From Candidatus Poribacteria bacterium (GTDB taxonomy: Bacteria; Poribacteria; WGA-4E; WGA-3G): a stretch of 64,000 nt of DNA. Positions 19,867-29,657 of the stretch are shown in pieces. The position numbers and the translations under genes were made by a program. The notes under the pieces were generated by a model. The model was not told the DNA's origin, searched no databases, and saw only the letters and a list, made by a program, of their open reading frames with translations. Where the stretch lies: contig OZ242029.1 in NCBI GenBank assembly GCA_965205015.1, positions 2,240,001 to 2,304,000 of the forward strand, read 5' to 3'. Positions within the stretch are counted from its first letter, which is position 1. The number at the start of each line of letters is the position of its first letter.

Positions 19867-21801
19867 ATGGACAGACTCGACATGGATAAAAAAACTTTCA
19901 CAAAGAATCCAACCTTTACTCGATTTGTCCGGTATCACGTCCCTTACACCGGTTCCCTTCTCTTGGCAATGGCTTTTGCAGTGGTAATTGCTGTGTGCGA
20001 ATTAGGGGCTGTTCAGATTTTAGCCGATACGATTAATACACTTGAAATTGTCGGTGGAAACCCTTTCGACGAGACTGTATCCATCCGGTACTTCCAGCGC
20101 GAAGGTCTGTTCGCTTTTGAGGGATTCGAGATGTTGTTGGTGGATGCTGGGGATGCTCTCAAAGCCTTCCTATGGCTGCTTGGGGGGTTGCTCATCCTCG
20201 TTTTTATCAAGGGTTTCTTCGTTTACGGCAACGATTACGTAATGGCGCGTGTCGGACACAAACTATCGTTCCGACTGCGGAACGCCCTTTACGAACGAAT
20301 CGTATCCGCAGCGTTAGGTATCTTACGCGAAGAACGCACCGGTGATCTCATGGCACGCGTCACAGACGATGTCCGAGTGTGGCAGAACCTCGTCGCCGCG
20401 ATGGCGAACATTATCCGCGCTGTTGTCCTCGTAAGTGTCTTTATCTCTGTAATGCTGATCACAAGTTTCAAACTCACCCTGTTCGTCCTGCTTATTCTTC
20501 CATTTCTTGCTTACTTCATCACGTCTATCGGCGCGCGAATTCGGGGCGCCAGCATAGAAATTCAGCAGCAGAGTGCAAATATCTATTCCCAACTCAAAGA
20601 GACACTTACCGGTATCAAAATCATCAAAAGTTTTACCGCTGAACACGCTGAAATCAAGCGCTTTGAAGCCATCAACTGGAATCAGTACTGCTCGGCGATC
20701 CGACGCGCCCGTTTCGCTGCAATTCTCCCACCAACGATCGAATGGTTGGGAGCCCTCGGGGTCGCAACTGTTTTCGGGTTAGGCTGCTGGCAAGTCATTA
20801 TAGGACAACTCTCCACAGGATGGTTTATCGGCTATGTTACAATGGTCAGTTGGATGTTCAAGCCGATTAAGACGATTGGGAACGTCAACAGTGCCTTACA
20901 ACAGTGCCTCGTCTCCGCGGAACGGATCTTTTATCTTCTCGACTTCGGACCAGAGATGCCTCAGGAGAACGACGAACGTCAGTATAATCTCCGTCCGAAA
21001 TCTGAGGACACAGCGGGCGGGATTCAACTGAAGAATATCCACGGCACCGTCACATTTCAGAATGTCTCTTTTACCTACCCGCAACCTTTAGCAACGAATT
21101 CGAAGAATCGGCACACAAGGTCGAAACCTGTTATTGACAACGTAACCTTTGGAGCAAAGCCGGGGGAAGTTGTAGCACTTGTCGGACCGAGCGGTAGTGG
21201 AAAGACAACCCTCCTTAACCTACTGTTACGTTTCTATGAGGCGAGTTCTGGGAAAATCCTGATCGACGAGGTCTCTATTTCCGAGTTAAATTTGGAGTCA
21301 TTGCGAGAAAATATTGCGCTTGTTCCACAAGACACGTTCCTATTTGATGGCACGATTTTGGAGAACATCGGCTATGGATGCCCAGATGCCACGGATGAGG
21401 CGGTTATCGTCGCGGCGAAAAAGGCAAACGCACACGAGTTTATTATGAAAACTCCGCAAGGTTATAAGACCCCAATAGGTGAGGCGGGTATGAAACTCTC
21501 AGGTGGAGAGCAGCAACGTTTATCTATCGCCCGCGCCCTCTTAAAGGATGCCCCGATTCTCATCTTAGATGAAGCCACGTCCTCATTGGATACACAGTCT
21601 GAGGCACTCATCCAAAAATCGCTGGTAAACCTAATGGAAGGGAGAACCAGTTTTATTATTGCGCATCGGCTTTCAACCGTCGTTCGGGCTGACAAAATTC
21701 TTGTTATCAAGGATGGGGAGATTCTGGAAACGGGAACACACGAAACACTATTGGCAAGTGGGGGGTTGTATCAAAAACTCTGCGAAATGCAGCTGAATTA
21801 A
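19867..21801 (+). CDS. MsbA-like ABC exporter (fused TMD and NBD)
   Basis: GPSGSGKT, LSGGEQQR, ILDEATSSLD, IAHRLST. Confidence 0.93.
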   Translation: MDRLDMDKKTFTKNPTFTRFVRYHVPYTGSLLLAMAFAVVIAVCELGAVQILADTINTLEIVGGNPFDETVSIRYFQREGLFAFEGFEMLLVDAGDALKAFLWLLGGLLILVFIKGFFVYGNDYVMARVGHKLSFRLRNALYERIVSAALGILREERTGDLMARVTDDVRVWQNLVAAMANIIRAVVLVSVFISVMLITSFKLTLFVLLILPFLAYFITSIGARIRGASIEIQQQSANIYSQLKETLTGIKIIKSFTAEHAEIKRFEAINWNQYCSAIRRARFAAILPPTIEWLGALGVATVFGLGCWQVIIGQLSTGWFIGYVTMVSWMFKPIKTIGNVNSALQQCLVSAERIFYLLDFGPEMPQENDERQYNLRPKSEDTAGGIQLKNIHGTVTFQNVSFTYPQPLATNSKNRHTRSKPVIDNVTFGAKPGEVVALVGPSGSGKTTLLNLLLRFYEASSGKILIDEVSISELNLESLRENIALVPQDTFLFDGTILENIGYGCPDATDEAVIVAAKKANAHEFIMKTPQGYKTPIGEAGMKLSGGEQQRLSIARALLKDAPILILDEATSSLDTQSEALIQKSLVNLMEGRTSFIIAHRLSTVVRADKILVIKDGEILETGTHETLLASGGLYQKLCEMQLN

Positions 21802-22087
21802 TCCGAAGCGTGTTAGGAATATAGGCGAGTGAGGCGTGTAACCGCAACGCCTTTCCTGCGTAAGGTGACTCATTTATAGAAAATCACGCGTAAATTGTCG
21901 AAACGCTAAAAAAAATACAATTTGGATAAACCTCTTACCCCTTGTTAACGTCACATATATTAGAAAACGCAGTCGGTGTTATTCAATTCTTTGCAGCCTC
22001 GATCCTCGGCTGGTAGATAAGACCGGTAGATCGAGACTACAGGGATGAAATTGGTAAACACATTGGTGAAAACAAAACCGCCGCTGC

Positions 22088-22663
22088 TTAATTTCGCCCT
22101 TTTTTCGTAATAGCACCTTCAAGATCGGCTTCACGGTAGACGGCTTCAGAGAGGTCAACCTCATATAGATATGCATCTTTGAAATTAGCACCGAGCAAGA
22201 CAACACCTATCAGCTTAATTTCACCGAAAATCGCCTCTCCGAGGTTCGCGTCCTCAAAACTGGTGAGTGAACCGAAAAGTCCCGACACCTCGCATCTTGG
22301 GCAACCGAGGGTAGCGCGACGCAGGTCAGCACGTCGGAAGTTCGTACCACAGAGCAGACTGCCGCTGAGGAACGCACCACATAGATTCGCTGCTTCAAGG
22401 TTGGTATCCGTTAAATTAGAACCGACCAAATACGTCCGATGTAAGGTCGCACCGGAAAGATTCGCACCGGTGAGATTCGCATCGTTCAGGTTCGCATCTG
22501 TTAAATCCGCGTTCCGTAGGTCCGTACCGCTCAAATCCGCTTCCGACAGATCAACACCCACGAGCGGTTGATTCGCTAAATCTAAGTTTGCCAGGTTTTC
22601 ACCAGCAAGAGATTCACCGGCTTGACACTTTTTAATTATTTCATTCTGTGTGAGTTGAGCCAT
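22088..22663 (-). CDS. Pentapeptide repeat protein
   Basis: A(D/N)Lxx repeats throughout; GGAGG RBS. Confidence 0.9.
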   Translation of the reverse strand: MAQLTQNEIIKKCQAGESLAGENLANLDLANQPLVGVDLSEADLSGTDLRNADLTDANLNDANLTGANLSGATLHRTYLVGSNLTDTNLEAANLCGAFLSGSLLCGTNFRRADLRRATLGCPRCEVSGLFGSLTSFEDANLGEAIFGEIKLIGVVLLGANFKDAYLYEVDLSEAVYREADLEGAITKKGRN

Positions 22664-22867
22664 TAATTACCTGCCTCCAGTGTTATACGGCGTTTTTTGG
22701 GGGCTACTTGCAAGCCAATCATGTTATCCAGAAGATATATAAGTTATGTTTAATAGCATACCACATACGCAATTAAAAGTTAAACTTTTTTCCATAATTT
22801 TTGCTGTGTTAGGTAACCCTAAATAACATCTCGTTCGGGAGATCGAGGCTACAGTGAGGTTGAAGAA

Positions 22868-24502
22868 ATGAGAGACTATTACCCGGCATACCCAATAGAA
22901 GCTGAACTTTTTGCAGAGGATGAGGAGAGGGAAGATAACCCCACAGAATCACCAAGGGATGAGACCTTTGCGTACCTACAGAAGATAGCAAAGACCCCTT
23001 TGTTGGAGCCTGAGCAAGAAACTGCACTCTTTAAAAGATACCGAGAAGGTTTCCAGACGTTTACGAACCTGCTAAATCAACTTCCAGATTGGATGATAGT
23101 CTCGCTTAACATTGCTGAAAACAGTACTTCAGACAAAAGCCGAAAATTAGAACCCGCGCAATCAGAACACGGATTAATTATAGACCAGGTCCGCGCCGAA
23201 ATCCAAGCCCTTGGTGTCCTGTTGGAAAAATTAGAAACGAAGGCGAATTTGTTAGAACAGACACGCTGGAAAATCTTTGAAGAAAACTTATATCTCCTCC
23301 AAAAATATGTTGACCCCACTGCATCCCCTGAATTGATGCAGGTTGGAAGCCTCGGACTCTTGAAAGCTATTGACGATAGCGGCACAAAACGGGGTACGGA
23401 ATTTCGGACATACGCTCGCAAAGCGATTCGCAGCAACATCAACACCTTCAACAAAAAGACAACGAAAGTACAACAACGACAAGTTGAGTTCCCTTTAACA
23501 GAAACACATCGGATTCCCGAACTCTCTCGGATCGCAGCGGCATGTTTTGACAAAGAACAGGAGTCTTTGGCTTTTCAGGAATTCGACGTTATCCGCCATG
23601 AGGTTGAAATGCTCTTGGAAAAATTACCTGCCGATATGTTAGGCGGACGGACGACGACCTGCAAGCCGCACACACTCCGGTTTGTACTTGAAGATGTCCG
23701 AAGGGAATTTGCACACGTCAAGTGGTTGGCGGAACAATTGGAAGCGGCGGACCAAGTCACGCACGGAACGAAACTAAAAATTGTTGAAGCGAATCTGCGC
23801 CTCGTCGCCAGTATTGCCAAACAACATCACTTTAGTAAAACATCCTTGACCTTCTTGGATTTGATGCAGGAAGGTAGCCTCGGATTAATGCGAGCCGTAG
23901 ATAAGTTCGACCACACACTGCGATTCCGATTCAGCACTTACGCCACTTGGTGGATTATGCAATCTATCAAACGTGCGCTTGATCAGCAGGGACAGATGAT
24001 CCGTGTGCCATGCTATATCGGTGAAGCGCGTCGCGCCATTAAGCAGGCACAATCGGACCTGACAACCCAGCTCGGACGCGAACCCACTACGACTGAAATT
24101 GCCAAAGAAGTCGAACTTACCGAGAAAAAGGTTTCCGAAATTTTCAACGCCACAAAGGATCCGGTTCCACTTGATGCACCGATCAATGAAGACTCCCCGG
24201 ACGGCGCGTTTTCCGAATTGATTCCAGATCAATCCCAAATTACGCCTGAAAACTATTTGCTCGATTATGCAAAAGTTGAGGTTATCACAGAGGTTCTCAA
24301 CCGAACACTCAATCCGCGGGAGACACAGGTCATCATTCTGAGATACGGCTTAATGGACGGCACCGAGTATACCTTAGCCGACATTGGGGATAAACTTCGG
24401 ATTAGTCGTGAACGGGTCCGACAGATAGAGGCTGAAGCGATTGTGAAGCTCAAACGCCACGACTCAAAGACATTGCTCCGAGATCTGCTGCAAGATTTCT
24501 AA
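22868..24502 (+). CDS. RpoD/SigA-family sigma70 factor with a duplicated region 1.2-2 module
   Basis: YLQKIAKTPLL (r1.2); EANLRLVASIAK, DLMQEGSLGLMRAVDKFD, FSTYATWWI (r2); r3; r4 TLADIG...SRERVRQIE. Confidence 0.92.
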   Translation: MRDYYPAYPIEAELFAEDEEREDNPTESPRDETFAYLQKIAKTPLLEPEQETALFKRYREGFQTFTNLLNQLPDWMIVSLNIAENSTSDKSRKLEPAQSEHGLIIDQVRAEIQALGVLLEKLETKANLLEQTRWKIFEENLYLLQKYVDPTASPELMQVGSLGLLKAIDDSGTKRGTEFRTYARKAIRSNINTFNKKTTKVQQRQVEFPLTETHRIPELSRIAAACFDKEQESLAFQEFDVIRHEVEMLLEKLPADMLGGRTTTCKPHTLRFVLEDVRREFAHVKWLAEQLEAADQVTHGTKLKIVEANLRLVASIAKQHHFSKTSLTFLDLMQEGSLGLMRAVDKFDHTLRFRFSTYATWWIMQSIKRALDQQGQMIRVPCYIGEARRAIKQAQSDLTTQLGREPTTTEIAKEVELTEKKVSEIFNATKDPVPLDAPINEDSPDGAFSELIPDQSQITPENYLLDYAKVEVITEVLNRTLNPRETQVIILRYGLMDGTEYTLADIGDKLRISRERVRQIEAEAIVKLKRHDSKTLLRDLLQDF

Positions 24503-24521
24503 AGAGGATGACTATAATATA

Positions 24522-25823
24522 GTGAAAATCGCGTATTTCGACTGTTTCTCAGGTATTAGCGGCGATATGACGCTTGGTGCCCTCGTTGATGTTGGCGTAC
24601 CCTCCGAAATGCTTAGGGAGAGGTTGTCTACGCTCAAACTCGATGCCGAGTTCAGCCTACGCTTTGAAAAAGCCACGAAACACAACATTACTGGGACCAG
24701 AGCGATTGTGGAGGTGCATCCCGCACACACCTCACACGCAGATTCGCATCATGAGCATGAGCATGCCCATCACCATGCCCATGATCACGGGCATCACCAC
24801 GCTCACGGACCGACGCGTCATCTCTCCGATATTTTCACATTGCTCGATGACAGTGATTTAGATCCAGAAATTCGAAATACCGCGAAACGCGTCTTTGATC
24901 GACTCGCTGCAGCAGAAGCGAAGGTTCACAATATGAACAAAGCCGACGTTCATCTCCACGAGGTGAGTGGGATCGATTCAATTGTGGACATTGTCGGGTC
25001 TGTCATCGGTTTGGCGCATCTCGGTGTTGACGCTGTTCACGCATCACCCCTCTCTCTCGGTAGGGGTTTTGTTCGATGCGCTCACGGATTTATGCCCGTT
25101 CCTGTCCCCGGCACTATGGAACTCCTAAAAGGTGTTCCCGTTCATCAAACCGATATACCGAAGGAACTGGTAACGCCGACGGGAGCGGCGCTCATTACGA
25201 CGTTATCACAGGAATTCGGTGTCATGCCCGAAATGCGATTGGATCGCGTCGGGTACGGGGCGGGGACTCGCGACCTCGAACAACGCCCAAACCTCCTCCG
25301 GCTCTGTCTCGGTGAAAAAACCTCAAGTATCCGTTTACAAACGACCCACCCTCACGCCGAAACTGACAATGTAGACATCATTGAGACCAATGTAGACGAT
25401 ATGTCCCCAGAAATTACGGGATATGTCACCTCTCAACTCTTTGAACACGGCGCGTTTGATGTCTTTCTGACACCGATTTTCATGAAAAAGAACAGACCCG
25501 CGACACAGATAACTGTCCTCTGTCCTACTGCACACCGCGACACACTCATCGAACTCCTTCTCACCGAAACCACAACCTTTGGTGTCAGGCTCTCTTCCGC
25601 CAATCGGGTCAAACTACGGCGCGACTTCATCCAAGTCGAGACGCAATGGGGAACAATTCAAGCGAAACGTGGGTATCTCAACGGTGCCCTTATCAAGACC
25701 GTTCCGGAATATGAGGACTGCAGACGGCTTGCGGAACAAAATAGCGTCCCACTCCGACAGATCTATGCAGAGGCACTCAACAACCTTGAGCCTATTGATA
25801 TCGTAGATCGATCTAAAATCTAA
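24522..25823 (+). CDS. larC: Nickel pincer cofactor biosynthesis protein LarC
   Basis: YFDCFSGISGDM, His-rich tract, HLHEV...DSIVDI, ELVTPTGAA, ETNVDD, MKKNRP, PEYED. Confidence 0.95.
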   Translation: MKIAYFDCFSGISGDMTLGALVDVGVPSEMLRERLSTLKLDAEFSLRFEKATKHNITGTRAIVEVHPAHTSHADSHHEHEHAHHHAHDHGHHHAHGPTRHLSDIFTLLDDSDLDPEIRNTAKRVFDRLAAAEAKVHNMNKADVHLHEVSGIDSIVDIVGSVIGLAHLGVDAVHASPLSLGRGFVRCAHGFMPVPVPGTMELLKGVPVHQTDIPKELVTPTGAALITTLSQEFGVMPEMRLDRVGYGAGTRDLEQRPNLLRLCLGEKTSSIRLQTTHPHAETDNVDIIETNVDDMSPEITGYVTSQLFEHGAFDVFLTPIFMKKNRPATQITVLCPTAHRDTLIELLLTETTTFGVRLSSANRVKLRRDFIQVETQWGTIQAKRGYLNGALIKTVPEYEDCRRLAEQNSVPLRQIYAEALNNLEPIDIVDRSKI

Positions 25824-26026
25824 ACTTGCCTTTCACCTATTTCCTCCCGTTTCACATACGCCAGAAGGTTGATTTTATCTTTTTTAAGCCTTTTTGCCGA
25901 AAATCCGCCTCTTTATAACCGTAGCGATGCCTGAAAAAATTAGGAAACCCGATTGGACTGTAAGACCCATCGGGGCAAAAGCGCGATGGTTAGAAAAATG
26001 AATTTTCAAGTAAAAACAAGGTTTAT

Positions 26027-26131
26027 ATAAGTCAGGACTTACGCAATTTGCGGGTGATACGCTATAGTTCACACGCCGCTGGCGAGGTTTGAAACCTCGC
26101 CAGCATAGAGGCTGCGTAAGTCCTATAAGTC
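26027..26131. mobile_element. MITE-like element with 12-bp TIRs and 7-bp flanking direct repeats, carrying an internal palindrome
   Basis: ATAAGTC|AGGACTTACGCA(26034-45)...TGCGTAAGTCCT(26113-24)|ATAAGTC; internal GCTGGCGAGGTTT-G-AAACCTCGCCAGC 26078-26104. Confidence 0.75.
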
Positions 26132-26177
26132 AGAAAAAGTGCAACTATAGTGAATTTGAAAAATAAATAGACACCTT

Positions 26178-26203
26178 GTAGGGGCAGGTCTTGTACCTGC
26201 CCG
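26178..26203 (+). repeat. GTAG-type REP-like palindrome (related copies near 16972, 36183, 41659, 50562)
   Basis: GTAGGGGCAGGTcttgtACCTGCCC; GTAGGGGCACCCcttgtGGGTGCCC at 50562. Confidence 0.65.
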
Positions 26204-26373
26204 CCAATACACCTGTGATTCTTTAAATCAGCACTTGCGTGAAACATGTTGAATCCGTTGAAAGTGCATCCAAAGGTCTGTATTAATGGGTATCGGGCTT
26301 CGGTTAAAAGGGTTTGTGGCAGACAAACGTTTGCAACTGCCACACGTCCCACCTACAACTGAGAACTATAACA

Positions 26374-27642
26374 ATGAAATTTCGTGACGCTATCACCGCA
26401 GGTATTGCGCACCTTGCCCAAAATAAACTCCGTGCCGGTTTGTCCATTCTCGGTATCTTCATCGGGATTGCGAGTGTGCTTTGCATGATCGCAATCGGCG
26501 ACGGTGCGAAACTTATTGTCGCCCAGGACATCGAAACACTCGGTGGCGCAAACCAAGTCCAGTTCTGGACCCGGACCTCTATCTGGAAACGTCGACGGTT
26601 CGTTCGGCGCACCACCGAGCGATATACCCTTGAGGACGCTCTGGCTATTGAGGCAGAATGCCCGAATGTTCTGTATGTCCTGCCCAAACACGAAGGCTAC
26701 GAGACGTTCGTGACCAGCCGAAACGGAAACCAAGCCAGGCCGCTTCTGGAAGGTGTTACCGCAGACTACGCACACGGTATGAGATGGAAGCTGCAAGCGG
26801 GCAGATTCCTTTCCGAGGGCGATATTGAAAACGCAAAGCAGGTGTGTGTCTTGGGGGCCGATACCGCGACTGAACTGTTTGGAGAGGAATCCCCAATTGG
26901 ACAGGAGGTAAAGGTCCGGTATCATTGGCGGGGAGCGATGGTGAGGTTACGGGTCGTAGGGGTGATGAAAACAAAGGGACGTAGCCTCAGTTTCGGGTGG
27001 TATTCTTTAGATGATGCTTTATGTGTGCCGCTAACAACATACCAGCAACGGATCACGGGTACCCGCTATCTTGAAGACATGGTCGTCTTTTTTGAAAAGG
27101 GTACGGAGATTGAAAGTATCATTGATTCAGTCAAGCAGATTCTGCGTAAGAGACATCGGGGAAAAGATGACTTTATCGGCTATTGGATAGCAAAATGGAC
27201 AGCCAGGCGACTTGAACACATTGAAAAAGTGATAAAAATTACTTTGGGGAGTATTGCCGGCTTTTCGCTCTTTGTCAGTGGCATTGGCATCATGAATATA
27301 TGTCTCGTCTCTGTTGGTGAGAAGACGCGAGAGATAGGCTTGCGGAAATCGGTGGGTGCGAAACGGATTCACATTTTCTATCAATTCTTGACGGAATCGA
27401 TCTGTCTGTGTTTGTGTGGCGCGGTACTCGGTATTGCAGGAGGCTGGTTAGCCGCACACGGTATGGCGCAACTTGCTGTTCGCATTGTAAAGGTTGTGCC
27501 AGAATGGCCCGTTGTCCTCTCTGTACCGTGGATATCGACGTCCGTTATCTTCTCAATTTTCATGGGCATCACTTTCGGGGTCTATCCAGCAATACTCGCA
27601 GCGCAACTTTCACCGATTGAGGCACTCCGCACCGAAAATTAG
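26374..27642 (+). CDS. MacB/FtsX-family ABC transporter permease
   Basis: NKLRAGLSILGIFIG, GIGIMNI..VSV.EKTREIGLRKSVGA, PIEALR. Confidence 0.92.
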   Translation: MKFRDAITAGIAHLAQNKLRAGLSILGIFIGIASVLCMIAIGDGAKLIVAQDIETLGGANQVQFWTRTSIWKRRRFVRRTTERYTLEDALAIEAECPNVLYVLPKHEGYETFVTSRNGNQARPLLEGVTADYAHGMRWKLQAGRFLSEGDIENAKQVCVLGADTATELFGEESPIGQEVKVRYHWRGAMVRLRVVGVMKTKGRSLSFGWYSLDDALCVPLTTYQQRITGTRYLEDMVVFFEKGTEIESIIDSVKQILRKRHRGKDDFIGYWIAKWTARRLEHIEKVIKITLGSIAGFSLFVSGIGIMNICLVSVGEKTREIGLRKSVGAKRIHIFYQFLTESICLCLCGAVLGIAGGWLAAHGMAQLAVRIVKVVPEWPVVLSVPWISTSVIFSIFMGITFGVYPAILAAQLSPIEALRTEN

Positions 27643-27680
27643 CAATCGGCAGAATAGCGGTCAGTAGAAGCGGGTATCGT

Positions 27681-29549
27681 TTAGCAAAGGTTTCCTCTTT
27701 GCTGGTGGCTGATGGCTGATGGCTGACGGCTATTTCCATGACACAAATCACAGGTCTTGCACTGGTAACTTTCGTCAACAGGTTCACCAAAATAGTCTCG
27801 AATCACGCGCATTCGGCAGGTCGTCTCTAACGCATAAACGACCATGTGATCGAGTTGACGCTGTTTGTGGCGGACGTAATCGCCCGCCTCAATCTGCTCA
27901 TCCGTCAGTGTGCTGAGCATTTGGCTGTCCTCAAGGAGTTCAATCAGGAGCAAGTCTTCCTGTCCCCAATACTGAATATAGCCGTCGCTTTGCAATTCGG
28001 CGAGGTCTTCTATGATCACCTTTGGGTTTTGTCCGATGGCTTCACAGAGTTCCAAAATCGTTTTTGATTTTCCACCCCGCAATTGGCGAAGTAATTCACG
28101 CTGGGTTGCCTCCGTTGGTTCTCCTTTTTCAATCCAAGATCCGCGAAATCTCACAGAAAGTTGGGACGGCACGTTATACCATCGCTTCAAAAACCCAAGT
28201 TTTTCAAGATAACTGAGGCAGACATGGACTTTTGTCCCTTTAGCACCGCTCATCCACTCCAATTCATCGTTGGAAATTGTGCGATACCTTTCGCTTCCCT
28301 TGAAATTTTCAACGACCTTTAAGAGTTTAAGCAAAAACTGCTTATCGGGTGCATTTTCTTTGATAAACCACTCGTGTAACCCGCGGTCATCGTTACAAAA
28401 AAGTAGGATACATAGTGAATCCTCATCATCTCTACCCGCCCTACCGACCTCTTGGCAGTACTCTTCAAGCGTACCCGTAAGCGTCCAATGCACGATGTAT
28501 CGGATATCGGGTTTGTCTATACCCATACCGAAGGCGTTTGTGGCAACAACAATATCCAAGCCGTTTTCACTATTGTCGAAAAAGGCTTCTTGCACGCGTG
28601 TGCGTTCATGGGGTTCAAGTCCAGCGTGATAGAAATCTGCTCGGAATCCGCGCCTTTGAAGAAAGTCGGCGATCTCTTCAGTATCTCGCCGCCGTCCCGC
28701 ATAGATGATCCCATTTTTCGGTGAGGTCTTCAGATGTCCCAGACGGACGGGTAGGAGATTTGGGGCTTGGTCGGTGAGAAACCTTTCGAGGTGTTGATAC
28801 TTTTCATCGTCATCTTCACTCTGTTGGACGATCAATTTCAGGTTGGGACGCTCGATCCCTTGTGTAAGGATACGAGGGGTCGGTATGTTTAGCACAGTGA
28901 GGATATCTTCTTGAATCTCTGGTGGTGCCGTTGCAGTGAAAAGTGCGATCACACGCGGTTGGAGGACGTCAACTGTATCTTTGAGCGATAGATAGGCAGG
29001 ACGAAAATCACGTCCCCATTGCGAGATACAGTGTGCCTCATCGATGACGAATAGCGAAATAGGGAACGCATTCAAGATGTCCAAGAACCGTCGGCTCCGA
29101 AGACGTTCTGGTGAGATATAGAGGAGTTTTATTTCGTTCCGTCTCAGACGCGCCAATTCGCTCTGGTATTCTTCCCATGTCTGTGTGCTGTTTATGAGCG
29201 CAACCGAATGAATCCCTTGTTCTCGCAAGGCATCGACCTGGTCCTTCATCAATGAAATGAGGGGTGAAATCACGATCGTTATGCCGTCGAGCATCAGGGC
29301 AGGAAGTTGATAGCACAACGACTTTCCGTGTCCCGTTGGGAATACGGCGAATACGTTTTCGCCGTCTAAAATTGCCTCGACAATCTCGCGTTGCCCTTTA
29401 CGGAAGGAGGTATAACCGAAGTAGGTATTAAGTGCTCCCAAAAGGGGATCTGTTGGCGGGTCGCAATCCTGTGTCGGAACCCCTGACGCATCGGGTTCCG
29501 CATCAAGGATAGCATCTACCTCTTTAAGCAAGTCTCGCAAGTTAGACAT
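27681..29549 (-). CDS. recQ: RecQ-family ATP-dependent DNA helicase
   Basis: PTGHGKSLCYQ, DEAHCISQWG.DFRP, TATA, ATNAFGMGIDK, QEVGRAGRD, C-terminal Zn-binding CxxCDxC. Confidence 0.9.
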   Translation of the reverse strand: MSNLRDLLKEVDAILDAEPDASGVPTQDCDPPTDPLLGALNTYFGYTSFRKGQREIVEAILDGENVFAVFPTGHGKSLCYQLPALMLDGITIVISPLISLMKDQVDALREQGIHSVALINSTQTWEEYQSELARLRRNEIKLLYISPERLRSRRFLDILNAFPISLFVIDEAHCISQWGRDFRPAYLSLKDTVDVLQPRVIALFTATAPPEIQEDILTVLNIPTPRILTQGIERPNLKLIVQQSEDDDEKYQHLERFLTDQAPNLLPVRLGHLKTSPKNGIIYAGRRRDTEEIADFLQRRGFRADFYHAGLEPHERTRVQEAFFDNSENGLDIVVATNAFGMGIDKPDIRYIVHWTLTGTLEEYCQEVGRAGRDDEDSLCILLFCNDDRGLHEWFIKENAPDKQFLLKLLKVVENFKGSERYRTISNDELEWMSGAKGTKVHVCLSYLEKLGFLKRWYNVPSQLSVRFRGSWIEKGEPTEATQRELLRQLRGGKSKTILELCEAIGQNPKVIIEDLAELQSDGYIQYWGQEDLLLIELLEDSQMLSTLTDEQIEAGDYVRHKQRQLDHMVVYALETTCRMRVIRDYFGEPVDESYQCKTCDLCHGNSRQPSAISHQQRGNLC

Positions 29550-29657
29550 ATTTTGTTAAGGGGTGTCGGTGGGTGTTGTCGACGCGGGACCTTTTTTGAG
29601 AAGGTTCAACCGTCGTCGACGGTGACTGAAAACCGTTAACCGAAGACCACTAACCAA

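Noticed and set aside
24740-24805. CAT/CAC-rich DNA repeat
   Set aside because: Explained by the normal His-rich nickel-binding tract of LarC
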